NCBI GenBank assembly: GCA_009602735.1 | Contig: WELA01001729.1 | Span: 62,001 to 126,000 of the forward strand | DNA: 64,000 bases | Origin: Mesotaenium endlicherianum | Taxonomy: Eukaryota | Direction of reading: 5' to 3' | Part shown: in pieces, positions 50,062-62,636 of the stretch | Position numbering within the stretch: the stretch's first letter is position 1 | Layout of the letters: each line of letters starts with the position of its first letter | Translations under genes and position numbers: made by a program | The notes under the pieces: model-generated | Database searches by the model: none | Told to the model about the DNA's origin: nothing | Seen by the model: the letters and a program-made list of their open reading frames with translations, nothing else

Positions 50062-53000
50062 TTATGGAGGGACTCCAGCGGCCCGAAGGTGGAACCGTGT
50101 CAACGCCCCTTTGGCATTGGTCAAGTGGTCCTTAAACTCCCAAGTGTCCCCAGAGGCATCGTAACCCTTCCATCGAATGAGGTATTTCATGACATATTTA
50201 GACGATCGACGGACCGAGCGAGCGTCTAAAATCTCATCGACCTCATATTCCTCCGGGTCGCCGTCCCGGACAGCGGGGACCGGTCCCGGTTGGACAGGGA
50301 ACCGACCTGTGAACAGTGTATCACCTTTGGTGTACGGTTCCAGGAAGGAGACATTAAAGACCGGGTGCCCATTGTATTCAGTTGACATGTTCAATTTGTA
50401 AGCATTCTGACCGACACGACGGACCACCAAATATGGACCGACCTTGACAGGGCCAAGCTTTTTCTTGACCACACCAGGGAGGTACAGGTGCTGAGAATGC
50501 AGTTTGACTAAATCCCCCTTGGAAAATGTCAGTTCCCGACGGTGTTGATTAGCGTATTTTTGTTGGTTTTCTTGGGCCGTGTGCAAGTTTCGTTGGACTT
50601 CTGACAGGGTGTCAGCAAACTCCTGAGTTAACTGGAGGGAGACCGGGTTGTCAATCCCTTCAGGGTGAGTTAAAGATTCCCCTAGCACATCTAGAGGAGA
50701 CTTAGGGACTCTACCCAGGCTGAGTTCAAAAGGAGTTTTGCCCGTTGACGCGTGCACCGCACTGTTGACCGCAAACTGAATTTGAGGCAACAGGTCATCC
50801 CAATTATCTTGTTTTTGGTTAATATATGCTCTCAGCACCTCCTGCAGAACTCGGTTAGTTCTTTCAGTCTGCCCATCAGTCTGAGGGTGGTTTGCTGTGC
50901 TGAGCAGCTGTTTGACTCCCATTAACCCCATTAAAGCTCTCCAGAACTTAGAGGTGAATTTTGAGTCTCTGTCTGAGATGATATTAGAAGGGAGCCCATG
51001 TTGGCATACTACATGGTTGTAAAACTGTCTCGCTGTTTCGAGTGCAGTCACTTTGACAGTTGTGGGGATAAAAATGACCATTTTTGTCAGTTTATCCACG
51101 ACTACCAGTATTGAATCATGCCCGTTGGCAGTTCTTGGTAGTGAGACCACCCAGTCCATGGATATAGTTTCCCAGCGTCCCGCTGGGATGGGTAGCGGTT
51201 GCAAGAGACCTCCGGGTGGTGTGTGCCGAGACTTATTTCTCTGACACTGGTCACAGGACTTGACATATTTCAAGACCTCCCGGGGTAACCCCTCCCAATG
51301 ATAATGTTTTGCCAGTTTGCCAACAGTTTTGGCCTGCCCCAAATGTCCACCCAGGAGACTGTCATGAGCTTGACTCAGTAAGAGAGACCTTATTTCCAAG
51401 TTATTAGGAATGACCAGCTTCAGCCTGCCTGAAGTGGTTTCAGTCACCCAGACCCCTCCCTTGAGCTTATACCCGAGTGCAGTAGCACGACACACACCAG
51501 TAGTGGGGCTGGGCTCAAATGTTGGGTCAGAAAGGTAGGCTTTCCTAAGTTGTTCAAGGAAGGACTTTTTCACCTTTAGTGAAGTGAGTGCACACAGGAC
51601 TTTATCTACAGCATGCTGACTAAAGTTCCTTTCTTGCAAGTCAGGTCTTCTAGAGAGTGCATCAGCAGGATTCAACTTCCCTGGTTTGTAGTCGATCTGG
51701 ACTTGGAACTGCTCCAGCATCTGGCTCCAGCGGTTCTCCCTCCTCGACAGCTTGGACTTCTTCTGAAAGTGGGTCAGAGCTAGATGATCTGTAATCACCT
51801 TAAAAGCTTTACCATGTAAGTATGCTCTCCACTGTTTGAGTACATGAATGATAGCTAGCAGCTCTTTATCATGCACTGAGTAATTAATCTCCGCTGGATT
51901 AAATTTCATAGACTCATACAACACAGGATGCCACTCCTGCCGTACCTTACCATCCTTTGTGGTTTTGTCAGCAGGCTGCAACAAAATAGCACCCATGGCA
52001 AAATCAGAGGCATCAGTAACCACCTGCACCGGTTTGCTGGGGTCATACACGGCTAGCACTGGGGCAGAACAAAGGGCATCTTTAAGGGTCTGGAAGGCAG
52101 CCTGCTGCTCTTCCCCCCACACATACCCGATGTCTTTCTTAGTAAGGTCAGTCAGTTTACTGGCCTTTGTGGAATAATTCTCAATAAATCTCCTATAGTA
52201 GTTAGCCAACCCGAGGAAGGATCTAACTTCAGAGACAGACTGTGGTACTGGCCAGTCCCTTATGGTCTGGACTTTCTTAGGATCCACACTGATGCCCTCT
52301 TTACTGACAACGTGGCCTAAGAATTCAATACTTTCCTTAAAGAAATCACACTTGCTCATTTTAGCATACAAGTGATTTTTCCGCAGAGTGTCCAGCACTT
52401 TCTTTAAGTGTTCAGTGTGCTGAGCTTCATCTTTAGAGAAAATTAAAATATCATCCAGGAAAACTTGCACAAACTTATCCAAATAAGGTCTGAAAATGTC
52501 ATTCATAGCACCCATAAAGGTAGCAGGAGCATTAGTCAGTCCAAATGGCATCACGTTGAACTCATAGTGTCCATAACGTGTGCGGAAAGCAGTCTTGTGT
52601 TCATCCCCCTCAGCAATTCTGATTTGATGATAACCACTCTTGAGATCTATCTTACTGAACACCTTAGCGCCAGACAGGGTATCAAGCAAGTCCTCGATTC
52701 TGGGTAAAGCATACTTGTTCTTTACTGTAATTCTGTTCAGGGCTCTGTAATCCACACACATCCGCATACTGCCATCCTTTTTCTTAACAAATAGGATAGG
52801 TGCGCCGTACGGTGATTTACTGGGAGAAATGTAACCATTTTCCTCCAGCTCTGCAATCTGTGTTTTCAACTCCTCGCTCTCCAAATAAGACAAGCCATAA
52901 GTGCGTTGCCAGGGTGGCTGGCTACCAGGTAATAGATCAATCCTATGATCTACTTCCCTTTTAGGGGGTAGTCCTGGAGGCATGTTAAACACATCAGTGT

Positions 53001-53865
53001 ACTGAGCAACAATTTTTGCAGCAGTAGGGTGCTCCGGAGGGCTTACCTTTTTCTCAACCACTTCTTCAGGTTGAGGAGGTACCTCTCTTAGCAGCAGACA
53101 GAACATTCTGTCTTCCTTCTGGTTCCAGCTTTTGACGAACTCCATTGCATTCAGCAACTTGCATCCTTCTGGAAGCCTCTTCTTTTCCTTCATTTGCCAT
53201 CCACACAGGACAAGAGGAAGAGCACTGGTGGGTGCCAAGTCAGTCTGCCCATCACTGGCTCCTCTCACTTTAACTGTACCTCTGCTCCAACACACTTCAG
53301 CTTGATGTCTATTAAGCCAGGACCTGCCTAGCACGAGATCATAAAAGCCAGTGTTGAGTACCTCAAATGTAAGCGTTTCAGTTAGAACTGCAATGCCAGA
53401 ACCTAACTGGACCTCAATAGGCTTGGTTATAACTCCTCCCGGGATACTTGAGGCATCTCCAAGGAATATTTTTCTATTCCCTTGGGTGACAGTAGGCAGC
53501 CTTAGCCGCTTAACTAAGTCCTTGTGGATAAAAGTATGTGACGCCCCTCCGTCAACAAATGCCCTCACCTTCCTACCTGCAATCATGCAATGCAGTAGGA
53601 TAGGGGGGACTGTCTTTTCCTGACTTTCGCATTGTTCTCCTGACGTAGCAAAGAAATGTTGGACATCAGGTGGAACAAGAGCATCCAGAGTGTGCACTCT
53701 CTGGACGTCTATATTACTGATGGTCTCCTTTATCTGTTTGTCAGGCATGCATAGTGAATCCAGTTCAGCAGGACCCATAATACCTGCTACGAGGGCAGCT
53801 AGTGACGACTCACTATCTCTAGCATCCTCACAGTCAGTAGACTGGATTACTGACTGTTGCTGTCT
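50062..53865 (-). CDS. pol: Family A Pol: protease, RT, RNase H, integrase, chromodomain (entered by -1 frameshift at 53871-53865)
   Basis: 1238 aa open frame; [44 protein letters not shown]. Confidence 0.95.
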   Translation of the reverse strand, partial: RQQQSVIQSTDCEDARDSESSLAALVAGIMGPAELDSLCMPDKQIKETISNIDVQRVHTLDALVPPDVQHFFATSGEQCESQEKTVPPILLHCMIAGRKVRAFVDGGASHTFIHKDLVKRLRLPTVTQGNRKIFLGDASSIPGGVITKPIEVQLGSGIAVLTETLTFEVLNTGFYDLVLGRSWLNRHQAEVCWSRGTVKVRGASDGQTDLAPTSALPLVLCGWQMKEKKRLPEGCKLLNAMEFVKSWNQKEDRMFCLLLREVPPQPEEVVEKKVSPPEHPTAAKIVAQYTDVFNMPPGLPPKREVDHRIDLLPGSQPPWQRTYGLSYLESEELKTQIAELEENGYISPSKSPYGAPILFVKKKDGSMRMCVDYRALNRITVKNKYALPRIEDLLDTLSGAKVFSKIDLKSGYHQIRIAEGDEHKTAFRTRYGHYEFNVMPFGLTNAPATFMGAMNDIFRPYLDKFVQVFLDDILIFSKDEAQHTEHLKKVLDTLRKNHLYAKMSKCDFFKESIEFLGHVVSKEGISVDPKKVQTIRDWPVPQSVSEVRSFLGLANYYRRFIENYSTKASKLTDLTKKDIGYVWGEEQQAAFQTLKDALCSAPVLAVYDPSKPVQVVTDASDFAMGAILLQPADKTTKDGKVRQEWHPVLYESMKFNPAEINYSVHDKELLAIIHVLKQWRAYLHGKAFKVITDHLALTHFQKKSKLSRRENRWSQMLEQFQVQIDYKPGKLNPADALSRRPDLQERNFSQHAVDKVLCALTSLKVKKSFLEQLRKAYLSDPTFEPSPTTGVCRATALGYKLKGGVWVTETTSGRLKLVIPNNLEIRSLLLSQAHDSLLGGHLGQAKTVGKLAKHYHWEGLPREVLKYVKSCDQCQRNKSRHTPPGGLLQPLPIPAGRWETISMDWVVSLPRTANGHDSILVVVDKLTKMVIFIPTTVKVTALETARQFYNHVVCQHGLPSNIISDRDSKFTSKFWRALMGLMGVKQLLSTANHPQTDGQTERTNRVLQEVLRAYINQKQDNWDDLLPQIQFAVNSAVHASTGKTPFELSLGRVPKSPLDVLGESLTHPEGIDNPVSLQLTQEFADTLSEVQRNLHTAQENQQKYANQHRRELTFSKGDLVKLHSQHLYLPGVVKKKLGPVKVGPYLVVRRVGQNAYKLNMSTEYNGHPVFNVSFLEPYTKGDTLFTGRFPVQPGPVPAVRDGDPEEYEVDEILDARSVRRSSKYVMKYLIRWKGYDASGDTWEFKDHLTNAKGALTRFHLRAAGVPP

Positions 53866-55325
53866 TTTAAAGGCTGGTCTTTTCTCTCGACCTTAGGCAG
53901 GTGCTTGACCGGACACTGTTCTCTGTAGTGGCCTTTCTGCTGACAATGGTAGCAAGTAGATTTTGCTGAGGCTGGTCTCGGCTTAGTCCTACCACCACCC
54001 CTTCCATAGCCACCTCGAGAGGGACCACCTCTACCTCTAGACTGAATAGCATTGTACTCATACTCATATTCATCACCCTGATTATCCTCAGCCTGGTCTC
54101 CTTCAACTGCATTGTAGGAACCGTGGGGCTTTTTGACAATCTTAGACACCAAAGCGTTACTCTGGCGCTTGTGATTGAACTGCTGCTGATCCCAGGCGTC
54201 AGCATCCTGGATCAAGTCAGCCAGTTTCTCATACTTTTTCTCAGCAAAATGACCAGAGACCTCGGATTTCAAGCCATACCTGAAGTATGCTATCCTATAC
54301 CGTTCTGGCAAATCAGGCTGCTTCATCATGTTCTCTTGGAACTTTTGAGCAAACTCAGCAACTGAAGTGGTCTGCTTCAGTGTCAGGGAGATCATCGCAT
54401 AGATAGCTTTCTCCTGCTGGTTGATGACATCAAACTTCTCATGCAACTTCTCGACAAACTCTACCCACGTAGGGTCACCGAGTTGCCGAGCCTTACGCTC
54501 TTCCTTCCAGTAAAGCCACCAGTCTGCGGCACTGCCTTTCAGTAGCGCACCGGTGTGCCTGACCTTCTCGTAATCTTGCAGTTCTGGGTAGTTCTCCAGC
54601 CACTGCTCAACATCCGCGAGAAACTTGATCAGGTAATATTTTCTGTTTCCCTCAGGATCATAGTCCTGGGGAGGTTTCGGCTTGGGCTTACTAGGCCCTC
54701 GGCCACCACCACTAGTGGTGTGAGACCCCAGTTGGTCTCTGTCCCGGAGTAGGGACATTATGATTCTTTTGTCCTCCTGCTGGGACTGATACATGGTCGC
54801 CATTTGCGACTGCATCTGAACGAACAATGCTCCCAAGTCTACATTTTGGGGTGGTAGATTAGCAAATGCAGCAGCAGCATTGGCATCTACTCGCTGAGTA
54901 GTGTCCTCAACAATCCCTCTTGCTCCTGCAGCAGCAATTCCTGCCGCATTCAGCCGGTCACGTATTTGACCTAGGGGTACATTGAGTTGTACGGCAGGAG
55001 GTGGGTTCAGAACATTGGCCCTTGATGCCATAAGTTCTTCAACAGTGCGCTCGTCAGCTGGCTGTCCTTCCCTCCTTTGTATATCTTCAGCGGCCTTTGC
55101 TACTTGTTCAGCTTCTAGTCTGGCTATCTCCTCCTCAGCTTGCTGAGCTGCGACTGAGGCAATAGCAGCTGCCTCATCTGCAGCCTCCCTAGCTGCAGTA
55201 TCCGCTACTGCTTCCGAATAGGTACGGTTTCCCGCTACATGGCTTTCCGCCTGGTTTTCGACATTCTCGTTATCCTGGTTCTCCATGTCTCGGGAGTTGC
55301 TAGTTTGAGACCTTGTCCTTACCAT
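53847..55325 (-). CDS. gag: Family A Gag (492 aa)
   Basis: Intact ORF with CCHC knuckle. Confidence 0.95.
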   Translation of the reverse strand: MVRTRSQTSNSRDMENQDNENVENQAESHVAGNRTYSEAVADTAAREAADEAAAIASVAAQQAEEEIARLEAEQVAKAAEDIQRREGQPADERTVEELMASRANVLNPPPAVQLNVPLGQIRDRLNAAGIAAAGARGIVEDTTQRVDANAAAAFANLPPQNVDLGALFVQMQSQMATMYQSQQEDKRIIMSLLRDRDQLGSHTTSGGGRGPSKPKPKPPQDYDPEGNRKYYLIKFLADVEQWLENYPELQDYEKVRHTGALLKGSAADWWLYWKEERKARQLGDPTWVEFVEKLHEKFDVINQQEKAIYAMISLTLKQTTSVAEFAQKFQENMMKQPDLPERYRIAYFRYGLKSEVSGHFAEKKYEKLADLIQDADAWDQQQFNHKRQSNALVSKIVKKPHGSYNAVEGDQAEDNQGDEYEYEYNAIQSRGRGGPSRGGYGRGGGRTKPRPASAKSTCYHCQQKGHYREQCPVKHLPKVERKDQPLKDSNSQ

Positions 55326-56110
55326 ACAAAGAAGACTGTGATAACTGCTCCGATACCACTGAAATGAATCGACTTACCAAATAGGCGATTAACAATTAAT
55401 AAAGATCTTTATATCAGCAAGTAATCTTTATGGTAATTTCCGTTAACTGGTTAAACGGCAAAGGACAATACACTAGCAGTGAATAATACTCGTAAGTCAA
55501 ATGCGAGTAAACTAGCATCAATAATGCAAATCAGTAAACTCATACATAAGCAAGGTTAGAAGACAGTGCGTATCAATGGCTTCTCGCCTTGGATTCAGAT
55601 CTCTCTCAGTAAGCTGTACAAGAGAGTTGGCCTCGTTTCCGAATGCCGAACTCGAGAGCAATGCCTAGCATATGTACATGGAATGAGTTTACTGTTCAAC
55701 GGTCAGTGCGATGGCACCGCCTACCCGGGAGTTAACCACGTTGGTAGGACCTCGGTTAACCAAATCCACCGCCATCTCCCATCATCCCGAATAGCCATCC
55801 ATCATGGGGATGTCATCTGGCCATTCATCTAGCAGGTCGTACTTAGATGCATATCAAGGCAGTTCGCTGCTACCGAGCACGGAAGTCAGCTGGCTGTCAA
55901 AGAATGTGTCAGCAAGCTGACTTAAGTTGACTTCAGCCTGTTGCGTTCGGCCGAGTCATTAAACTGATAATTATGTAAAGTCCAGCAGACTGACTATTAA
56001 CTAAAGTAAAGTCCAGCAGACTGACTATTAACTAAAGTTCAGCAGGCTGATCTTAATTAACTATTATATTTAAATGAATATTATATCCACTAATATACTG
56101 ATTCATTACA

Positions 56111-57900
56111 CCTATGCTTTCTTGTTCTTGCTGTGTATGACTCCAGTAAACCTGTGCAGGTGGTTACTGACGTTTTTTACTTTGCCATGGGTGCTATTTT
56201 GTTACAACCTGCTGACAAACCACAAAGGATTTTTTATTTAGTGCATGATAAGAAGCTGTTGGCAATTATTAATGTCCTCAAACAGTGGAGAGCACACTTA
56301 CATGATAAGGCTTTCAAGGTGTCAACAGAAATCTGGCTCTGACTCATTTTTTAGTGGAATTCCAAGCTGTCGAGGAGGGAGGATTGCTGGAGCTAGATGC
56401 TGGAGCAGAACCAAATCCAGATCGACTACAAACCAGGGAAGTTGAATCCTGCTGATGCACTCTCTAAAAGACCTGACCTGCAAGAAAGGAACTCTAATCA
56501 GCATGCTGTAGATAAAGTTATTGGTAATCACGTCACTTAAGGTGAAAAATCCCTTATCTTGAATAACTTAGAAAAGCCTAGTTTTCTAGCCCAACATTTG
56601 AGCCCAGCCAAACAGTTGGTGTGTGTCCCGCTACTTCACTCGGTTGTAGGCTGAAAAGAGGGGTCTGGGTAATTAAACTTAGGAAGGCTCAAGTAGGTGA
56701 TTCCTAATAACTTGGAATTAAGGTCTTTATTCCTTAGTCACGCTCATGACAGTTTACTGGGTGGACATTTGGGGCAGGCCAAAATTGTGGGCATATTGGC
56801 AAACTTTACCACTGGGAAGGGTTGCCTCGAGAGGTCTTTAAATATGTTAGGTCCTGTGATCCTCGTCAAATAATTAAGTCTAGACACACACCATCCGGGG
56901 GGCTATTGCAACCACTATCTATCCCAGCTGGACGATGAGACACCATATCCATGGACTGGGTGATAACACTACCAAGAACTGCCAATGGGCATGATTCTAT
57001 ACTGGTAATAGTGGATAAATTGACAAAAATGGTCATTTTCATCCTCACAATTGTCAAGGTGACTGCACTCAAAACTGCGAGACAGTTGTATAACCATCTT
57101 TGCCAATATGGATTACTCTCCAATATCATCTCAGACAGAGACTCAAAGTTTACCTCCAAGTCCTGAAGAGCCTTAATGGGGTTGATGGGAGTCAAACAAT
57201 TGCTCAGCACAACAAACCACCCTTACACTGCTGTGCAAACTAAAAGAACTAATCAAATTTTGCAGGAGGTGCCGAGAACTTATATTAATACAAGATAATT
57301 GGGATGACTTGAAATTGAATTTGCGGTTAACAATGCGGTGCATGCGTCAACGGGAAAGACTCCTTTTGAACTCCGTCTGGGTAGGGTCCCTAAGTCTCCT
57401 TTAGATGTGGTAGAGGAGTCTTTAACTCATCCTTAGAAGATTGACAATCCGGTGTTTCTCCAGTCAACTCAGGAATTTGCTGACCCCCTGTTTGAAGTCC
57501 AGCAGAACTTGTACAAAGCACAAGAAACCCAATTAAAATATGCCAATCAACACCATCGGGAGCTGACATTGTCTAAGGACGATTTGGTCAAACTGCTTTC
57601 TCAACACCCGTACCTGCCTGGTGTGGTCAAGAAAAAGCTGGGGCCAGTCTGGATGGGTCCATACTTGGTGGTACGCCAAGTTGGTCAGAATGCTTACAAA
57701 CTGCACATGTCAGCGGAATATAAGGGTCACTCCGTCTTTAATGTCTCTTTTCTAGAACCATACATCAAGGGTGACACAGTGTTCACAGGTCGGTTACCTG
57801 TGCAACCAAAACCAGTCCCCGCTATTGGAGACACTTGGGAATACAAAGACCATTTGGTCAACGCAAAAGGGGCGTTGAAATGTTTCTATGTCTAGGAAGC
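56111..57900 (+). pseudogene. Host copy H, part 3 (RH, IN, partly deleted chromodomain)
   Basis: Starts with TSD CCTAT and continues the sequence of 38029-38084; ORFs 56133-56342, 56951-57166, 57452-57895. Confidence 0.87.
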
Positions 57901-58261
57901 CGATAGACCACCTTAACTGCCATTTCAATAGACATGGGAAGGTGACAGGGCGGTTGTTTCTCCATTTAAGTTGGAGGGAAATGTGACAGTTAAGTGTCAC
58001 CATAGTGACAGATGTGACAACCAGGCCCACCTTGAGCAAAGTTGGAGGGTGTCCACCACTTGGAAGGAGGGAGGGACCAGTACATGAACAAATCACTCAA
58101 CTCACCCTGCACACACATACCTTCGTTTATTCTCATCACGCTACAGCTCAATTAACTCCTAGTACCCACTCTGTAGAATAAGGGAACAACTCTGCTGTAA
58201 TAATACAAACTTACTCCTCTTTCTGCATCTATTGTGACAATGAATGATATCCTACTAACTT

Positions 58262-59705
58262 GCTGCGGAGGAAGAAAGAAAGAAGGAGGAAGCTAAAAGG
58301 CAGAAGAGCGTGGCCACTTACAGATATACTGTGGTGGATGGCCAAATCTTTGATAATGTGAAGGAGACACTACTGGCAGTCCAGGATATTAATCGAATTG
58401 CCAAGCAAACAGTGTTGCGGAAGCAGGGAGCTGAAGCTCGGGATAGGTATATTGAGACACGCACTGGGGTTGTCCTCTACAAAGATTATGCCAAGATGGT
58501 GGGGTATATAGCGGAGCAGGCGCGGTTCTTTGCTGATAACTTGGAAGATAAGCCAGTACCAGTACCTGGCATAGTGGAGGATCAGTGGCTCATCGAAATG
58601 GTGAGCATGCAGCCCGATGGCTTTAACGATGTCTTGTTTTCCCAGACGTTGCTGCCAGCCTACAATGAAGTTGAGAGAAGGAGCTGGGAGTACTTGGCCA
58701 AGAAAACACGACAGCAGATGTTCTCTCCCCATGTTCCCTTGTAAGCTGAAAAATGCTAAACATGGGCCACAATACTACCAGCAACCTACAAACTGGAGGT
58801 GGATGATCGTCCCTAACAGGAAGCAGCACTGTGAACGGGCCCACCCGGATGATTTCCACTATGGGCTGGACGGTTAGCTTATCCTGCCACCTCACATTGC
58901 TCTTTGGGACTTCAGGCTTAATGGATGCCCGAGTAACATGAATGAGAAAACCAAGGAGAACAAGAGGAGAGGACAGGACTACTTCTCTAAGGGGAAGTAT
59001 GCCTTTGTTAAATGGGCAAAGAATGCAGGCTGGATAGATATCAGCAAGTTGAAGGCCAAGCAACCCCCAGCTCATCCTAACAAAGGGGGGTCACTAGATT
59101 TCTCCATGTCTACCAGGGAGCAGGATAACTTGGTAGATGAGACCCCTACCCTCTCTGAGGAGAAGGATGAGGAGGATGAGGAGGATGAGGAAGCGGAACA
59201 GGGCAGGGGAGAAGCATAAACCTCTGGAGCTCAAGAGATCCGGGGACAGGCAGAGGCAGGAACTCCTAGGGGGCCAAGAGCAGGAGGAAGGACTGTGACT
59301 CCTACTGTGGAGACAACGGTACCTCGAGCTCGATCTCCCGGCCCACCTGCCCAAGCAAAGGAAGAGGCAGAGCTGACTGTACTTGGTAGCAGAGAGAGGC
59401 AGAAATCCCCAGAGGACAGAGCTCCTAGAAGTGGAACTCGCGGTGTGGCCAGAGGTATGCTAGCCACCCCCTCCAGTCAGGGATGTGTGCCCCTTGCCAA
59501 TGTATTTTAGCATCCTACTGGTTTGCCTGTCTATGTGGGAATCAACATCCAGGAGGTTGAAGAGCAGGCTGCAATCCTCCGTTCCCCTTGTGGCCCCACT
59601 TTAGAGCAGACAGGGTTCTTCAGGAGGCCAGTCGACAGAACTAGAGGGATGTCCAGGTCTAGGTCCAGATCTCAGTCCCCTGATCCTGGAGCCCCAAGAA
59701 CATCA
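58262..59705 (+). pseudogene. Degenerate ORF3 type I of copy H (N-terminus deleted)
   Basis: ORFs 58310-58744, 58938-59219, 59295-59510, 59523-59768 are colinear with ORF3 type I; ATCCTACTAACTTG retained at ~58249-58262. Confidence 0.88.
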
Positions 59706-59835
59706 TTTGAAACCATCCTCCGGTCAAGCCTTGCTGGGGGTCTCTCTGTTTGCTCTCCGCAAAGGTAGTGGACTGAGGGTGGAGGTGACAGTTTACTGCC
59801 ATTAGTGATCCCCATAGTGATCTCCATAACAGTGT

Positions 59836-62090
59836 TGAAACTGGCTGACTTGATCCAGGATGCTGATGCCTAGGATCAGCAGCAGTTCAATCACAAGCGC
59901 CAGAGTAATGCTTTGGTGTCTAAGATTGTCAAAAAGCCATATGGTTCCTACAATGCAATTGAAGGAGATCAGGCTGAGGACGATGAGAGTAATGAGTACA
60001 AATATGAATATAATGCTATGCTGTCTAGAAGGAGAGGTGGACACTCTCGAGGTGGTTATGGAAGAGGTGGTGGCATGACTAAGCCGAGACCAGCCTCAGC
60101 AAAACCTATTTGCTACCATTTCCAGAAGTTTGGCCACTACAGAGAGCAGTGTCCTAGCAAGCACCTTCCAAAGGTCAAGAGAAAAGATCAGTCCTCAAAA
60201 GATAGCAACAGTCAGTAATTCAGATTATTGACACTGAAAATGCTAGAGATAGTGAGTCGTCACTAGCTTCCCTCGTAGCAGGTATTATGGGTCCTGCTAA
60301 ATTGGATTTACTATGCATGCTTGGCAAATAGATAAAGGAGACTTTCAACAATATAGATTCCCAGAGAGTGCAAACTCTGGATGATCTTGTGTTACCTGAT
60401 GTCCAACATTTCTTTGCTAAGTCAAGAGAACATTGCGAAAGTCAGGAAAAGTCAGATTCCCTATCCTACTGCATTGTATGATTGCAGGTAGGAAGGTGAG
60501 GGCATTTGTTGACGGAGGGGCGTCATATACTTTTATCCATAAGGACTAAGTTAAGCGGCTAAGGCTGCCTACTGTCACCCAAGGGAACAGAAAAATATTC
60601 CTTGAACATGCCTCAAGTATCTCAGGAGGAGTTATAACCAAGCCTATTGGGGTTCGGATAGGTTTTGGCATTGCGGTCTAACTGAAACGCTTACATTTGA
60701 CGTACTCAACACTGGGTTTTATGATCTTGTGCTAGGCAAGTTTTGGCTTAACAGACATCAAGTCAAAATGTGTTGGAGCAGAGGTACAGTTGAACTGAGA
60801 GGAGCCAGTGATTGGCAGACTAACTTGGCACCCACCAGTACTCTTCCTCTTGTCCTGTATGGATGGCAAACGAAGGAAAAGGAGAGGCTTCCAGAAGGAT
60901 GCAAATTGCTGAATGCAATGGAGTTCATCGAAAGTTGGAACCAGAAGGAAGACATAATGTTCTGTCTGCTGCTAAAAGAGGTACCTCCTCAACCTGAAGA
61001 AGTGGTTGAGAAAAAAGATAAGCCCTCTAGAGCTCTCTACTGTTGCAAAAATTGTTGCTCAGTGTATGATGTTTTTAATATGCCTCCAGGATTGCTCCAG
61101 GATTGGCAAAGGTTTTAAGGTAATTACAGATTATCTAGCTCTAACTCACGTTAAGAAGAAGTCCAACCTGTTGAGGAGGAAGACTCGCTGGAGCCATGTA
61201 GTGATACAGATAGATAAAATACTTAGTAAAACAGAATACTTTATCTATTCAAGACAAGGATCTTTGAACACAAGTGGTAGCTTCTTGAAAGAGAGATGGC
61301 TTCTTGAAACTTAATATATTTCTGCATTTTGGCAAGTACAAGAGTGATTCTCCAATGTCTTTCTATGTTCTTGCTCTTGTTTATTTACTTGCTAAATAAG
61401 CAACTTCTAGGAAGGTGTATGTTGATGTGTTGGCACCCAACACATCCCAAAACTTGCCACCTCTTTCTAGAATAATGTACAATAATGTGTGATTTCTTCA
61501 AGGAAAGTATTGAATTCTTGGAGCACGTTGTCAGTAAGGAAGACATCAATGTGGGTCCTAAGAAAGTCCTGACCAAAAGGGACTGGCCAGTGCCACAGTC
61601 TGTCTCGAAAAATTAGATCCTTCCTCGGGTTGGCTAAATTCATTGAGAATTATTTTACAAAGGCCAGTAAACTGACTGACCTTTCTAAGATGGACATAGG
61701 GTATGCGTGGGGGGAAGAGCAGCAAGCTACCTTCCAGATCCTTAAAGATGCTCTTTGTTTTGCCTTAGTCCTAGCCGTGTATGACCCCAGCAAACCTGTG
61801 CAGGTGGTTACTAATGCTACTAACTTTGCTATGGGTGCTATTTTGTTGCAGCTTGTTGACAAAACCACAAAGGATGAAGATAAAGCGGGAGTGACACCTT
61901 GTGCTGCACGTGTCTATGCAATTCAATCCAGCTAAGATCAATTTTTCTATTCATAATAAAGAGCTGCTGGCTATCATTCATGTTCTCAAACAATGGAGAG
62001 CATTCTTACATGACAAAGTTTTTAACGTAATTACAGCTTATCTACCTCTAACTCAAGTTAAGAAGAAGTCCAAGCTGTTGAGGAGGAAGC
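59836..62090 (+). pseudogene. Fragmented family A gag-pol remnants, with an antisense B LTR fragment at 61197-~61481
   Basis: ORFs 59913-60218, 60729-61118, 61630-61935; multiple deletions. Confidence 0.82.
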
Positions 62091-62133
62091 GACAACGGAC
62101 GCATCGTGACAAGACCTTTTCGAAAAGTCCTAG

Positions 62134-62636
62134 TGTAGTGAAACAGATAGATAAAGTACTTAGTAAAACAGAATACTTTATCAATTCAAGACAAGGATCT
62201 TTGAACACAAGTGGTAGCTTCTTGAAAGAGAGATGGCTTCTTGAAAATTAATACATTTCTGGATTTTGGCAAGTACAAGAGTGATTCTCCAATGGCTTTC
62301 TATGTTCTAGCTCTTGTTTATATACTTGCTAAATAAGTAGCTTCTAGGTAGGTGTATGTTGATGTGTTGGCACCCAACACATCCCAAAACTTGCCACCTC
62401 TTTCTAGAATAATGTACACATGTCCTTTTGACCTAAAAATGGCACATCTGACTTTTGCCACATGGAGTTCTTCTAGGTCTTTCCTCTAACTTCGAAAATG
62501 CCTTGGAAGGTTCAAAGGACATGAACCAAGTTACTAGAGTACCTATTCACACTTGACTCCACACAATACTACTCCAAATATATTTGAAAACATTAAAATA
62601 TATGCGAATTAATATATAATAACTCAAATCACTACA
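62134..62636 (-). repeat. Family B LTR, complete, without matching TSD
   Basis: Reverse complement of 18051-18552; flanks CCTAG and GCCGA. Confidence 0.9.

Larger units (their letters stand above)
47286..56110 (-). mobile_element. Young full-length family A element A2, all three ORFs intact; recombinant TSDs
   Basis: LTRs 47286-48004 and 55360-56110, PPT 48005-48018, PBS 55347-55358; flanks CCTGC and CCTAT. Confidence 0.95.
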
